From the IMG/VR virus record IMGVR_UViG_3300015259_000002, positions 1 to 45,377 of that record: DNA of 45,377 nucleotides. One strand, 5' to 3'. The DNA is from a virus (taxonomy: Duplodnaviria; Caudoviricetes). Below the pieces are notes generated by a model. The model was not told where the DNA came from. It saw only the letters and a program-made list of their open reading frames with translations, and did no database searches. The translations under genes were made by a program, and so were the position numbers. Below, one piece after another: positions 34,240-43,188 of the stretch; the first letter of the stretch is position 1, and the number at the start of each line of letters is the position of its first letter.

Positions 34240-36323
34240 TTCCCGACTCCGTTCTGGGCTCTACGGGTCCTGATACCGGCGGCTAACTTTCCGAGGGATC
34301 CCTTCGCCAGAGCGCCCCCCTCGAAGCCGCTCTGGCGGAAGCCGCCGACGTCCTCGCTGGAAGGGCCTCCACCGCCACTCGCTGGGGCGCCTCCCGCGCC
34401 CCCCATCGCCCCGCCCCCTCCCATCATCGCGGCGTCGGCGAGCATGACCTGGCTCTGAGCGGCCTGCATCGGGTCCATCCGGAGGATCTTCGACGGATCT
34501 TCGATACCGTAGGCGTAGAGGACGTGCTTCAAGAGTTCCGGCCAGTTGATCGGAACCGTCGGTATCCCGAGAGGTCCAGGTTGTCCGAGAGGAGCTAGGA
34601 CGTTAATCAGCTCGACGAGTTGTCGGCGCCGGACTTCGTCGTTCGGTTTTGTCGTTGATCCGACCTCGATACGAACGTCGTACTCGCGGCGAATCTGATC
34701 GGCCGCGAGAACGAGCCACTTCGTCCCGGCCTCTCCTCCGATATTGATCGCGACCTTGGGAGGGAAGAACTGTCGCGTGATTTGAAGTAGCTTTCGAGAC
34801 ACGTCTCGGACGAAGAGTTCGACGAAGGTTCTCTTGTCGTCCACGCGAAGGCCGGTCGCCTGTTCGGCTGCGGCGACACCCGTGGCAGTGACTCCCGGCA
34901 CCGAGTTCCCCTGCTGCTCATCACCGAGACCAACCTGGTCCTTCAGATCACGACGGATGCGTTCCTCGATCGTGTAGATGGCCGGGTCAAAGGTCCCGAG
35001 GTTGAGAGGCTGAACGGTGTCGGGAGTCGCCTGCGCTTCTAAGTCAACGACGATGAACGGATTTCTCCCCGTAATCTGTTCCTTTAACTTCTCCGTGAGA
35101 ACTCCCTTCGGAGCCGCGATGATGAACTTACTCATCCGGTGGAACCACTGAAGAGAGAACTGGCGGATCTCGTTCAGTTCGAGTTGCTGCGGCTCGAGAT
35201 CCGCGAAGTCGCTCTTGGGGTAGAAGCGATCGGGGACCTCGTTGAACCCCAACATCACGAACGGGAACCCCTCCATCTCGAAGGGATTCGCGACCGGAGC
35301 GCGAAGCCAATCGGTGAGTTCGGCCGAATACGTGAAGACGTGATCGGTTTCCTTATCCCAAATCTCCCAGATCGCGGCTCGCGCCATGCGACCACCGGAA
35401 CCATCCGCGAGTTTCATGTACCCGGCCGACTGATCGCGCTGCACCGAACGAACGAGATCCGCCTCCGAAGGGTGGAGGATGTCCGCGTTTCCGGGGTGAA
35501 CGGGATCACTCGTGTCCGGAGACATCGACTGGACTTCGGAGTCGAAGGGCTCGAGGGGGTTCCCGCCCTTCACCTGAGAGCGGATCGGCAGATATCTCTT
35601 GTCATCTCGGACGTCGCGAGCGGGCCTGTAGATTCGATGGGCTACCCACTTCGCGTCGTTGAGGCTTTTGGCGTCCGGATCGACGAGGATATCGTAGGGG
35701 GAGACCCGGAGAACCCACGGGTACTCCCTGATGACGTTCGTGTTGTACTCGTCGATACTCGTACGAGACCCACCGAAGGGCTTCTTCTTCACCCCGACGG
35801 GTGGCTCCTGAAGCCCAGCGAAGAGACGAACCGCCTTATTGAACTCTTCGGCCTCGGCGAGTTGGGATGAGACATCCAACTTCCTATCGATCGTCTTTGG
35901 GTCGATACCGTACTCGGAGTCGAACCCGAGTTTGATGAACCCGCATCCGTAGATGACGGCATCGACAACGGAGAGGCGAATCTCCCTCCAGGAATTCGTC
36001 TCATCGAGGAGGTAGTTCATCAGGAAACTAACCGCCGCCGCTGACTCCTCGTCTCCCTCGCGACGGGGCTCAGCGAAGATTTTCCCTATCTTGAAGATGA
36101 TTCTAGGGAGAATCGATCGAACGTAGGCGTGGGCCTGATTCACCCTCACCGTGTCCACACGAGAGGCGCGGTTCAGGCGAATCGTCTCTGCGTCAGTCCC
36201 GAAGAGGTAGAGGGTGCGCCAGCGATTCCAGTCCTCTCTATAGGCGCGCTGAACCTCCTTAGCGACGGAGATCCGGTGCTGCCACGTCTTGAAAGACGAG
36301 AGATCGTTATCGTCCTCGACCAT
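34236..36323 (-). CDS. Portal protein
   Basis: 695 aa after TerL; DAVIYGCGFIK.G, RVSPYD..VDP.A, FPFV...PD.FYP, Q.ELN and TATGV motifs. Confidence 0.9.
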   Translation of the reverse strand: MVEDDNDLSSFKTWQHRISVAKEVQRAYREDWNRWRTLYLFGTDAETIRLNRASRVDTVRVNQAHAYVRSILPRIIFKIGKIFAEPRREGDEESAAAVSFLMNYLLDETNSWREIRLSVVDAVIYGCGFIKLGFDSEYGIDPKTIDRKLDVSSQLAEAEEFNKAVRLFAGLQEPPVGVKKKPFGGSRTSIDEYNTNVIREYPWVLRVSPYDILVDPDAKSLNDAKWVAHRIYRPARDVRDDKRYLPIRSQVKGGNPLEPFDSEVQSMSPDTSDPVHPGNADILHPSEADLVRSVQRDQSAGYMKLADGSGGRMARAAIWEIWDKETDHVFTYSAELTDWLRAPVANPFEMEGFPFVMLGFNEVPDRFYPKSDFADLEPQQLELNEIRQFSLQWFHRMSKFIIAAPKGVLTEKLKEQITGRNPFIVVDLEAQATPDTVQPLNLGTFDPAIYTIEERIRRDLKDQVGLGDEQQGNSVPGVTATGVAAAEQATGLRVDDKRTFVELFVRDVSRKLLQITRQFFPPKVAINIGGEAGTKWLVLAADQIRREYDVRIEVGSTTKPNDEVRRRQLVELINVLAPLGQPGPLGIPTVPINWPELLKHVLYAYGIEDPSKILRMDPMQAAQSQVMLADAAMMGGGGAMGGAGGAPASGGGGPSSEDVGGFRQSGFEGGALAKGSLGKLAAGIRTRRAQNGVGK

Positions 36324-36329
36324 GTGACA

Positions 36330-36443
36330 TCACTTCCCCCTCCCGAACTTCTTTCCCTTCTTCTCGATCGAGAAGGCGAGGGCCTTGGGGTTCTTAACGC
36401 CCTTCTTCTTTTTGAGCTTCCGAATCAGTCCCTTGAGTGGCAT
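36330..36443 (-). CDS. Tiny Lys-rich protein (37 aa, not in ORF track)
   Basis: MPLKGLIRKLKKKKGVKNPKALAFSIEKKGKKFGRGK; AAGGT RBS. Confidence 0.55.
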   Translation of the reverse strand: MPLKGLIRKLKKKKGVKNPKALAFSIEKKGKKFGRGK

Positions 36444-36858
36444 CGATTTTACCTTTTATGTCATCTGCCGGAGGGGTTATGTTGAACTGAGCGGCGGCGT
36501 CGCGACGGACTTGAACCTCTCGATCTGATCTGTAATTCGCCTCCGCGAGCCTGGCGTTGAAGGCTACGCACCCCGCCAGATGGTCCCTAATGAGTTTTCG
36601 ATCTTTGTCGGAGATCGGCCAGTCCTTGGGAGCGAGGACCGTGATCAGGGGCGACAACATAGTTGCGATCCAGTGAAGTGAGCTAGCGATCGATCCGAGG
36701 GCGTTCTGATTCGCGTCCGAAGTGGCCCGTTTCCCCTCCATGACGTTGTTCATGAACTCGATACTTTTATTAGCGAAGTCCCGTTGGAGTTTCCCGTCTT
36801 TGTCCTGTCCGCCGGGAAGGATCGAGTCGTAGTCAGGATCGTTATCGTCTCTGTTCAT
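36394..36858 (-). CDS. Hypothetical protein
   Basis: ATG 36858 with GGAG upstream. Confidence 0.65.
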   Translation of the reverse strand: MNRDDNDPDYDSILPGGQDKDGKLQRDFANKSIEFMNNVMEGKRATSDANQNALGSIASSLHWIATMLSPLITVLAPKDWPISDKDRKLIRDHLAGCVAFNARLAEANYRSDREVQVRRDAAAQFNITPPADDIKGKIDATQGTDSEAQKEEGR

Positions 36859-36865
36859 GTGTCTA

Positions 36866-37156
36866 TCAGACTCCGTTCTGAATCGAGGCCGTGAGGGCGC
36901 CACAGAGTTTCAGGGCTTCGCCGACGTCACCGTGTTTCAGGTTCATGGAGACCGTGTCGGAGCCGTCCTTGTTGGCGACAGCGAGGACGACGGTACGCCA
37001 CTGAGAGCCGAGCAACTTCACAAGATCGACGAGGCTCATAGAAAGAGGGACCTGCGTCGGAGCGGGCGTGTTTCCGTTCGGAGGCTCTTCGGCGATACGG
37101 TTCGCAAGCGATACGTTACGTCCTGGGTCAGCCGGGTCGTCGATGGGCACCTTCAA
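36866..37156 (-). CDS. Hypothetical protein
   Basis: AGGAG RBS near the start. Confidence 0.6.
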   Translation of the reverse strand: MKVPIDDPADPGRNVSLANRIAEEPPNGNTPAPTQVPLSMSLVDLVKLLGSQWRTVVLAVANKDGSDTVSMNLKHGDVGEALKLCGALTASIQNGV

Positions 37157-37268
37157 TCTCCTGTTGTTAGTTAGAGGGGATGGGACTTACGGTCGCTGTG
37201 GGTGTGCAAGGAGTGTGTGGGGAGCTAAGAAAATCATAGAGGTGATTTGCGACCTGCCCACCCCCGTC

Positions 37269-39071
37269 CTAGTTATTCTTTGAGATTTCATCTCCGATGA
37301 GTTTACGCGCGTACTTCTCTTTCTCTGGATCCATCGACTCGCCGGGACACTGTTCTTCGAGGAAGAACGAGAAGTCTTTGAGGGACCAGTTCGTTCCTGT
37401 TGGCCACGACGCGGGATCAACGAGTTCGATTCTCTTTTGACGGATCGGGTCAGTGACACCGAGATCCTCAGCGGCAGCGCAGGCGAGCCAGAGAGCGGAA
37501 ACAAGGTCATCGTGGCAACCGGGGAGCGCCCCCATTTTGCCGCGCTCATCATAGACGAACGTCTTCACCTGCTCAACTATCGGCTGGAAGGGGACGACGA
37601 GCATATCGTCTCGGAGTCGAGCGATGAGAGAACCGACGGCGGTAGATTTACTGGCCTGCGAGGTCTGGAATCCGAAGGTTCCGTCGGGCTGCGACTTTCG
37701 ATTCCACGCGCGGCGCTGTCGCCAGAGTTTCGAGAACCCTTCGTTACGGAGTCGGGAGATGACGGCGTGTCCGTGGTTATTGCGTTCGACGACGAGCCAC
37801 GCGTCGTTGTAGAAGCGGGAGACGCACTTCAAGAGTTCGGCGAACGAATCGACATCGAGGATCGTTTCGGCGTAGGCGACAATGCGACCGCGTACTCGAT
37901 CGAGAACTACGAGAGCAGACGAGTCACCATTTTCAAGACCTTCAGCCGGGTCTGCTCCGACCACGTAGTCCCCATCGGGGCCCCCCGGTTCCACGAGGCG
38001 ATGGACGAGATTAAGTCCAGGAGCGATTTCGGAGGGGAGGCCGATGTCGAACTGGGTGTTCGATTCTTTCGCTTCGCGGACCTGATCTTGGAGTTTCTTG
38101 ATGAGACCGATTTCGAAGACGGAACGGGACTGACCCTGGAACGCGTCGTCTTCGCAGCCGGGGTACTCTTGGCGGAAGAGGCGTTCATCGGCTCCCTTTT
38201 CATTAAGGAACTTATTGTTCGCCCAGGCGACTTGGAACGGGTCGAGCGGGTAGCGACTCGCCTGTTCTTGGATGAAGGGCTCGGCGGCTTCAAGGGGGAG
38301 GCCAGGGGTGGAACGGTATCGTGGGTCCATCCACCAGGGAAAGAAGAGAGCGCGTCCGTCTTTCTTCGCACGGAGGTACTCCTCGTAGAAGGAGCCACCG
38401 AGGCCGAAGCCGGTTGACTCGACGACCTCGAGGCACCAGGGTTCGTTCGCCATCGCATCGCGGCAGGCGGAGAGGGTGTCGTAGGCGGTATCACCCCACT
38501 GAGCGAGTTCAGAGAAGTGAGCGGCGTGGACGGTACGCGATCGACCGGCGGCCTCACCAATGACGTCCACATAGAGACTAGAATCTAGGGGCTCGTCAAA
38601 GGTGAGGCCGCGTCGATTGGAGAAACGACGAGCGGGTCGGCGGTTGGGGGGCAGCCGGCGATAGAATCGTTCGGAGATACCGTAGAGGTACTGAGCGGAC
38701 TCGAGTTTGTGTGCGATGACGATCGCTTCACAGGTGGAGAGTCTACAGATCAGACGGAAGAGGAGGCCCTGGATCAGGGTCGATACTCCCATTTTCCGGG
38801 CCTTTAGGACTACGATCGATATCCGCCCACGGGTCCTCTTCTCCTCGTCCATTTCCCGGCGTATCCGGAGGATGGAGTCGAGGATCATCGACTGAGCCGG
38901 GAGGAGTCGGCCCAGGTTCGAACCTTTCACGTCCATCGTCGCGATCTGGAGTTCGTCCAGTTCGATCGGGGGATTCGGGATCCCTGGGGCCGACGTGACC
39001 GGGGACTGGGTGCGGAGTTTCCGGGATCCGTCGATCCAGAAGTTCTTCGCGTCGAGCCACTCGTTCGACAT
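37269..39071 (-). CDS. terL: Terminase large subunit
   Basis: VLKARKMGVST (Walker A), AHFSELA (Walker B), VESTGFG, GADPAEG..DSS, VERNNHG and HDDLV. Confidence 0.95.
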   Translation of the reverse strand: MSNEWLDAKNFWIDGSRKLRTQSPVTSAPGIPNPPIELDELQIATMDVKGSNLGRLLPAQSMILDSILRIRREMDEEKRTRGRISIVVLKARKMGVSTLIQGLLFRLICRLSTCEAIVIAHKLESAQYLYGISERFYRRLPPNRRPARRFSNRRGLTFDEPLDSSLYVDVIGEAAGRSRTVHAAHFSELAQWGDTAYDTLSACRDAMANEPWCLEVVESTGFGLGGSFYEEYLRAKKDGRALFFPWWMDPRYRSTPGLPLEAAEPFIQEQASRYPLDPFQVAWANNKFLNEKGADERLFRQEYPGCEDDAFQGQSRSVFEIGLIKKLQDQVREAKESNTQFDIGLPSEIAPGLNLVHRLVEPGGPDGDYVVGADPAEGLENGDSSALVVLDRVRGRIVAYAETILDVDSFAELLKCVSRFYNDAWLVVERNNHGHAVISRLRNEGFSKLWRQRRAWNRKSQPDGTFGFQTSQASKSTAVGSLIARLRDDMLVVPFQPIVEQVKTFVYDERGKMGALPGCHDDLVSALWLACAAAEDLGVTDPIRQKRIELVDPASWPTGTNWSLKDFSFFLEEQCPGESMDPEKEKYARKLIGDEISKNN

Positions 39072-39582
39072 GATCGAGTTTTACCACGGTGGGCTTGTTA
39101 GTGGCTACGGCCTCATCGAAAGAGAGTCCACGTCGATCGAGTTCTTCTTTCAAGGCTTCGAGTCCACCGGACTCGATGAGGGCGGTGGAGATGACCTTGT
39201 GGGTCTGTTCTTGGAGTTGGCGACCGAGGATCGAGACAGGGTCATCGCCTAAGAACTGCATCGTAGCGACGTCGGCAGCGCGGGCGAGTTCATACCACTT
39301 CGAGTACGGGTTACGCATCTGAAGGATCGTGGCCATCTCGCGAAGGGCGATGAGTTTTTCCTTCGTCGGGCGGGGGTAGTTCTTTCGTTCCCGAGCGGTG
39401 AGGTTCGGGGTGAGGGCCATCTTGATGTACTCGACGACGATGGTGGCGGCGAGGAGGGAGGGGTTCTTAAGGAATTTGAGGGCTTCGGCAGTAGAGGGGG
39501 GAGCGGGAGGAGGACCGACACGAGAACGGAGGACACGACGACCCTTCTGAGAGGTATCGGTCACGTCCTCGTGTCGGTCCAT
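38743..39582 (-). CDS. Putative terminase small subunit (3' end overlaps terL by 329 nt)
   Basis: Directly upstream of terL; helical N-terminal ~170 aa. Confidence 0.45.
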   Translation of the reverse strand: MDRHEDVTDTSQKGRRVLRSRVGPPPAPPSTAEALKFLKNPSLLAATIVVEYIKMALTPNLTARERKNYPRPTKEKLIALREMATILQMRNPYSKWYELARAADVATMQFLGDDPVSILGRQLQEQTHKVISTALIESGGLEALKEELDRRGLSFDEAVATNKPTVVKLDHVERVARREELLDRRIPETPHPVPGHVGPRDPESPDRTGRTPDRDDGRERFEPGPTPPGSVDDPRLHPPDTPGNGRGEEDPWADIDRSPKGPENGSIDPDPGPPLPSDL

Positions 39583-39773
39583 AGCAAAGGGTGGAACGGT
39601 GTCAACCTAGGTAGAAAGAAGTGGCGCTACAGCCACCCCAGTAGCCGGTGGAACTGACGGTGATGGCAGAGGAGTAGCTATCAGGGTAGTACATCTGGCG
39701 GGTGGTGAGGGGGATGTACTGACCCAGAAGCATGGCCTCTAGGTTCAGGTCATTTTTGGTTTTGGCGAACACC

Positions 39774-40016
39774 TCAAAAGGAACGGACCGCCACCTCGAC
39801 GCGGTACTCGACGCCCAGGGCATCGTTAGGGACTTTACGCGAGATGAGCATACGAGCCTCGGCCTCATCACGGGCGACGATGATTTCGAAGGGGACGACG
39901 ACTTCACCGTCTCGGTACTTAGGGGACAGGGCGGCCATCGCGGCCTCACCGACACCGAGTTTCCACTCAACCCAACAGACGGCACAGAACGCATTCAACT
40001 TAGTGGCATCGGACAT
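39774..40016 (-). CDS. Hypothetical protein
   Basis: AAGGAG RBS before ATG 40016. Confidence 0.7.
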   Translation of the reverse strand: MSDATKLNAFCAVCWVEWKLGVGEAAMAALSPKYRDGEVVVPFEIIVARDEAEARMLISRKVPNDALGVEYRVEVAVRSF

Positions 40017-40027
40017 GAGCACACTCC

Positions 40028-40240
40028 TTAAAATTGACACACAGGTCCAGGCGCAGAATCAACCAGGTTATCTGGTGGATAATAGAGGTCTTCGGCGAGT
40101 TTCTTTCGAGCGGCTTTGGTGACGGTGAGGAACTTAGGGTTTCTAGCGCCGGACTTCTTAGAGTTCCCGATGGAGCCCCAATGGCAACAGCGACAGGCGG
40201 TGGTCTTTCTACCCGGTTTCCGTCGCTTATAGTTAGCCAT
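40028..40240 (-). CDS. Small basic Cys-containing protein
   Basis: MANYKRRKP...CRCC..GNSK. Confidence 0.65.
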   Translation of the reverse strand: MANYKRRKPGRKTTACRCCHWGSIGNSKKSGARNPKFLTVTKAARKKLAEDLYYPPDNLVDSAPGPVCQF

Positions 40241-40242
40241 AT

Positions 40243-40536
40243 CTACCCTTCTTTGAGGTATTTACCACGGATACCTGGGGTCCCTTTGACGTGGCCGACG
40301 CCGACATCGGCGAGGGCGGCGCGGAGGTCTTCGAGGTCATCGCCGACTTCGACGAAGTAGGTCTGACCGTAGAAGTGTTTCGGCCTATAGCGCCCTGACC
40401 GGATACAGTACCAAATACGGAAGCGAGTGGAGTTCAATTCACGAGCGGCCTCGGTGAAGGTGAGGAGACCATCAGGGAGCGTCTTCGGGACCTTCGGGTT
40501 GAGGTTTCTTTCCGGTGAGGATCTCGTCACACGCAT
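40243..40536 (-). CDS. Excisionase/MerR-type HTH protein
   Basis: LLTFTEAARELN..RFRIWYCIRSGRY; start uncertain (40536 or 40572). Confidence 0.65.
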   Translation of the reverse strand: MRVTRSSPERNLNPKVPKTLPDGLLTFTEAARELNSTRFRIWYCIRSGRYRPKHFYGQTYFVEVGDDLEDLRAALADVGVGHVKGTPGIRGKYLKEG

Positions 40537-40768
40537 CGCGTAGTTCCTTAATGCCTCTGAGTTTAAGGCCAACGATGAGGTTCCCGTCCAAGAAGCGCAC
40601 TTCGTCGGCCGGGATGATGGCCATGAGTTCGATTTCGAGGCCAGTATCCGGGGACCCTGAGAAGATGGGGATGAAAGCTAACCCTGTTGCCAGCGCCTTC
40701 CGGTACTCGTCGAGAGACTGACGACCGAATTCAGAGTCGGTCACCTCGGGTACGGTGAGTTCGATCAT
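40472..40768 (-). CDS. Hypothetical protein, first gene of the late arm
   Basis: ATG 8 nt after a consensus-like promoter. Confidence 0.65.
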   Translation of the reverse strand: MIELTVPEVTDSEFGRQSLDEYRKALATGLAFIPIFSGSPDTGLEIELMAIIPADEVRFLDGNLIVGLKLRGIKELRDACDEILTGKKPQPEGPEDAP

Positions 40769-40776
40769 GGCGGCGC

Positions 40777-40805
40777 ATCGTACCCCACCCGTCTCACCAC
40801 GTCAA
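40777..40805 (-). promoter_or_regulatory. Sigma70-like promoter driving the terminase/structural arm
   Basis: TTGACG-17 nt-TACGAT on the minus strand. Confidence 0.7.
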
Positions 40806-41041
40806 GGCTCTAGGAACACCCCCTCCCCAGAATTTTTCTCCCCCCTAGGGGGGTGGTAGGTAGGACTTCCCGCCAAAGGCCGCTAAGGCCCCTAGAATCG
40901 ATCTTGATCCCCCTGAACCTCCCATCCTACTACCCCCACCCACAGGATCGCTCCTAGGACCACCTAGGCCACTTCCTGACGTTCCTAGGAACACCACCGC
41001 ACCCCGGTTTCCCTGAACTGAGGGATTTCCGTACACCTACC

Positions 41042-41084
41042 CCTACCCAGTACACGCTAAGGCTCCTGACACCTACCCAGTACA
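41042..41084. repeat. 13-bp direct repeat
   Basis: CCTACCCAGTACA at 41042-41054 and 41072-41084. Confidence 0.75.
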
Positions 41085-41405
41085 GGTACCAGAGGGGGGG
41101 TGAGGAGAGTCCCTCGTGACGATCTGATCCGGGTGATGGGGGGGTCTCTCTCTGCTAGGGGTATACCCTAACTAACGTGCTAGGTGTGGGTTAGGTGTGA
41201 GAGTGAGGGGCGGAAGGAAGAGTGCTCATCCCTCTGGGATCGGAAGGCGCGATATAGGCGCCCCTCTAGGCGTGAGAGAGCGTAGACGGGAGGGAAGGAA
41301 AGAAAGGCACTTCTCTATCCCTTCCTTCCCCAGTTAGTTCCTAGAGACAGGGAAGGGCCTTCCCTACCCTTCCTAACGCTCACCGCTCCCCTACCCCTCC
41401 GTAGG

Positions 41406-41453
41406 TTCCCCTTCCCCTCTCCTCTCCTTTCCCTTCCCTTCCCTTCCCTTCCC
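41406..41453. repeat. Polypyrimidine tract ending in (CCCTT)4CCC
   Basis: 48 consecutive pyrimidines; minus strand reads (GGGAA)4GGG at 41431-41453. Confidence 0.85.
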
Positions 41454-41501
41454 GAGGTCTCACAGTTTTCGCTTGAAAACTCGAGCTCGTGGCGTGCTAC
41501 C

Positions 41502-42152
41502 ATGCCCGTCGCGCAACTGTGCGCCTCAAGAAAGAGAGAACCGCCCATGCTCTTCCCCGATCCATCTTCCTCCTCCTCACATCCCCCCCTCTCCCCTCCC
41601 GTCTCCCTCCTCGGTGTGTCCCTCGCTGGCGTCTACGGCTACGGCCTCACTTTCGCCGGGTACCCCTTTAGCCGTACGACGTACCACCGCTCCTTTCTCA
41701 TCGAAGCGCACCGCTTAACAGAGAGCGGCATCGTCGTCGATCAACGTCCTTGCCTCTCCGATCCCTCCTTCCGCCCGATCCTGTGCCTGTCCCCGATCCT
41801 CTCCCTTAAACTCCCCCCCTCGGGATACCGCCGATTCAACATCCTTCACGCGGACCCCGAAACCTCTCCCATCATCCCTGCTTTCCCGATGCTCTTCTCG
41901 TGGCCGCACATCCCCCCGCGTGGCGTCCTCCTCGACGAATTCGGCGCGCACGCCTACGCAATGTTCTGGTACCTCCGCGGCGCCCGCATCGCGTATCGCT
42001 CCGGCCCTAACCTACTCTGGCACCGCTCAGGCCCTTCCCTCGAAGAACGCCGCGCCGCCCCCCCCTCTATCCCCTGGACGCCGTCCGAAAGCTACCTCGA
42101 GCCGATCCCGCTAACCCCTTCCTCCGAACCCTCGCAACGCCACTCGTGGTAA
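41502..42152 (+). CDS. Hypothetical Pro/Ser/Leu-rich protein (start uncertain)
   Basis: Only long ORF here; converges on the 42209 hairpin; composition is driven by C-skew. Confidence 0.45.
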   Translation: MPVAQLCASRKREPPMLFPDPSSSSSHPPLSPPVSLLGVSLAGVYGYGLTFAGYPFSRTTYHRSFLIEAHRLTESGIVVDQRPCLSDPSFRPILCLSPILSLKLPPSGYRRFNILHADPETSPIIPAFPMLFSWPHIPPRGVLLDEFGAHAYAMFWYLRGARIAYRSGPNLLWHRSGPSLEERRAAPPSIPWTPSESYLEPIPLTPSSEPSQRHSW

Positions 42153-42208
42153 CGTGATCGTCGAACAGCGAGCTAGATCCCCACCAACACACACACCTAT
42201 AAACGCAC

Positions 42209-42243
42209 AAGGGGCGCCCGGAAAGAGAAACCGGGCGCCCCTT
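42209..42243. terminator. Hairpin terminator between convergent genes; closes the Ubl operon
   Basis: 13-bp perfect stem AAGGGGCGCCCGG/CCGGGCGCCCCTT with a 9-nt loop. Confidence 0.7.
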
Positions 42244-42263
42244 CTCGTTTCTACTCTTCTACC

Positions 42264-43187
42264 CTACTCTTCCCCCTCCCCCTCCTCATCGTCCGGCACA
42301 TCCCTCTTCTTACTCCTCCCCCCCTTTCCCTTCTTTCCTCCCTCCTCATCGTCCTTCATCCGCCGCGCCATTTCCTTGAAGAACGCGCTCATTAACCCTG
42401 CAAATATATGATCGGGAACCTCCGCGAGCCCCCCCGACTTCCCACTCTTATCTACCGTCACAACTCCCGCCCCCTCTTTCACCATCCGCTCTAGCGTCTC
42501 TAAGATCCCTCCCATCCCCCCTCCCTCCAGCCCGTCATATAACGCCTTCCCATGATCCATCCCGCAGTTCGGACACAACCTCTCTTTGTCCTTGCCTATC
42601 GCCATCCCCCCAATCGAATATCCGCACCCCGAATCGCTCATCGGCGCCGCTTCCCCCCTCCGTGCCCGGTGATCCTTAATCCCAGGTAGCGCCGGCTTAT
42701 GATCAAAGAGCACCTGCGCCGATTCCGTGCATACCACCGGCGACGCACACCTCACCACGCGCCAATCCTGTGCGCGTTCCAACTTTTCCGCCAACTTGCA
42801 CATCGTCTCAATCTTCCACCGCGGCATGTCCACAAAGATTCCCCCGCGCCCACTCGGAAGATGAACTAACTCGAACAAATTTGATCCATCGAGCGCCGGC
42901 AATAACTCCTCATGCGCCACCGCTGCAAAATGCGCCGATATCGCCCGCCCCTTCACAACCCTCAACCTCTCAAATTCTTCCGGCCCCTCCCACTTCCCCG
43001 CTCGATTAGGATACATCCGCACCGCCACCGTTATATCTTTGGGAAACGGCCCCTTCACTTCCGCGTTCAACTGCAACATCGTCATATACTCCTGAATCCC
43101 CTTCCACTTCTCTACCAACGGCGCCACATCCTCTTCCCTCACTCCCATCCCCACAGTTACCTTATCGCCTATCTCTTTATCACTCAC
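42264..43187 (-). CDS. Unknown 307-aa protein, last gene of the Ubl operon
   Basis: GTG 43187 with GGAGGG RBS, 1 nt after the ATPase stop; C...CPNC..DH cluster and charged tail. Confidence 0.75.
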   Translation of the reverse strand: MSDKEIGDKVTVGMGVREEDVAPLVEKWKGIQEYMTMLQLNAEVKGPFPKDITVAVRMYPNRAGKWEGPEEFERLRVVKGRAISAHFAAVAHEELLPALDGSNLFELVHLPSGRGGIFVDMPRWKIETMCKLAEKLERAQDWRVVRCASPVVCTESAQVLFDHKPALPGIKDHRARRGEAAPMSDSGCGYSIGGMAIGKDKERLCPNCGMDHGKALYDGLEGGGMGGILETLERMVKEGAGVVTVDKSGKSGGLAEVPDHIFAGLMSAFFKEMARRMKDDEEGGKKGKGGRSKKRDVPDDEEGEGEE

Positions 43188-43188
43188 G

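Noticed and set aside
40243-40536. Integration module
   Set aside because: An excisionase-like HTH is present, but no tyrosine or serine recombinase was recognised.
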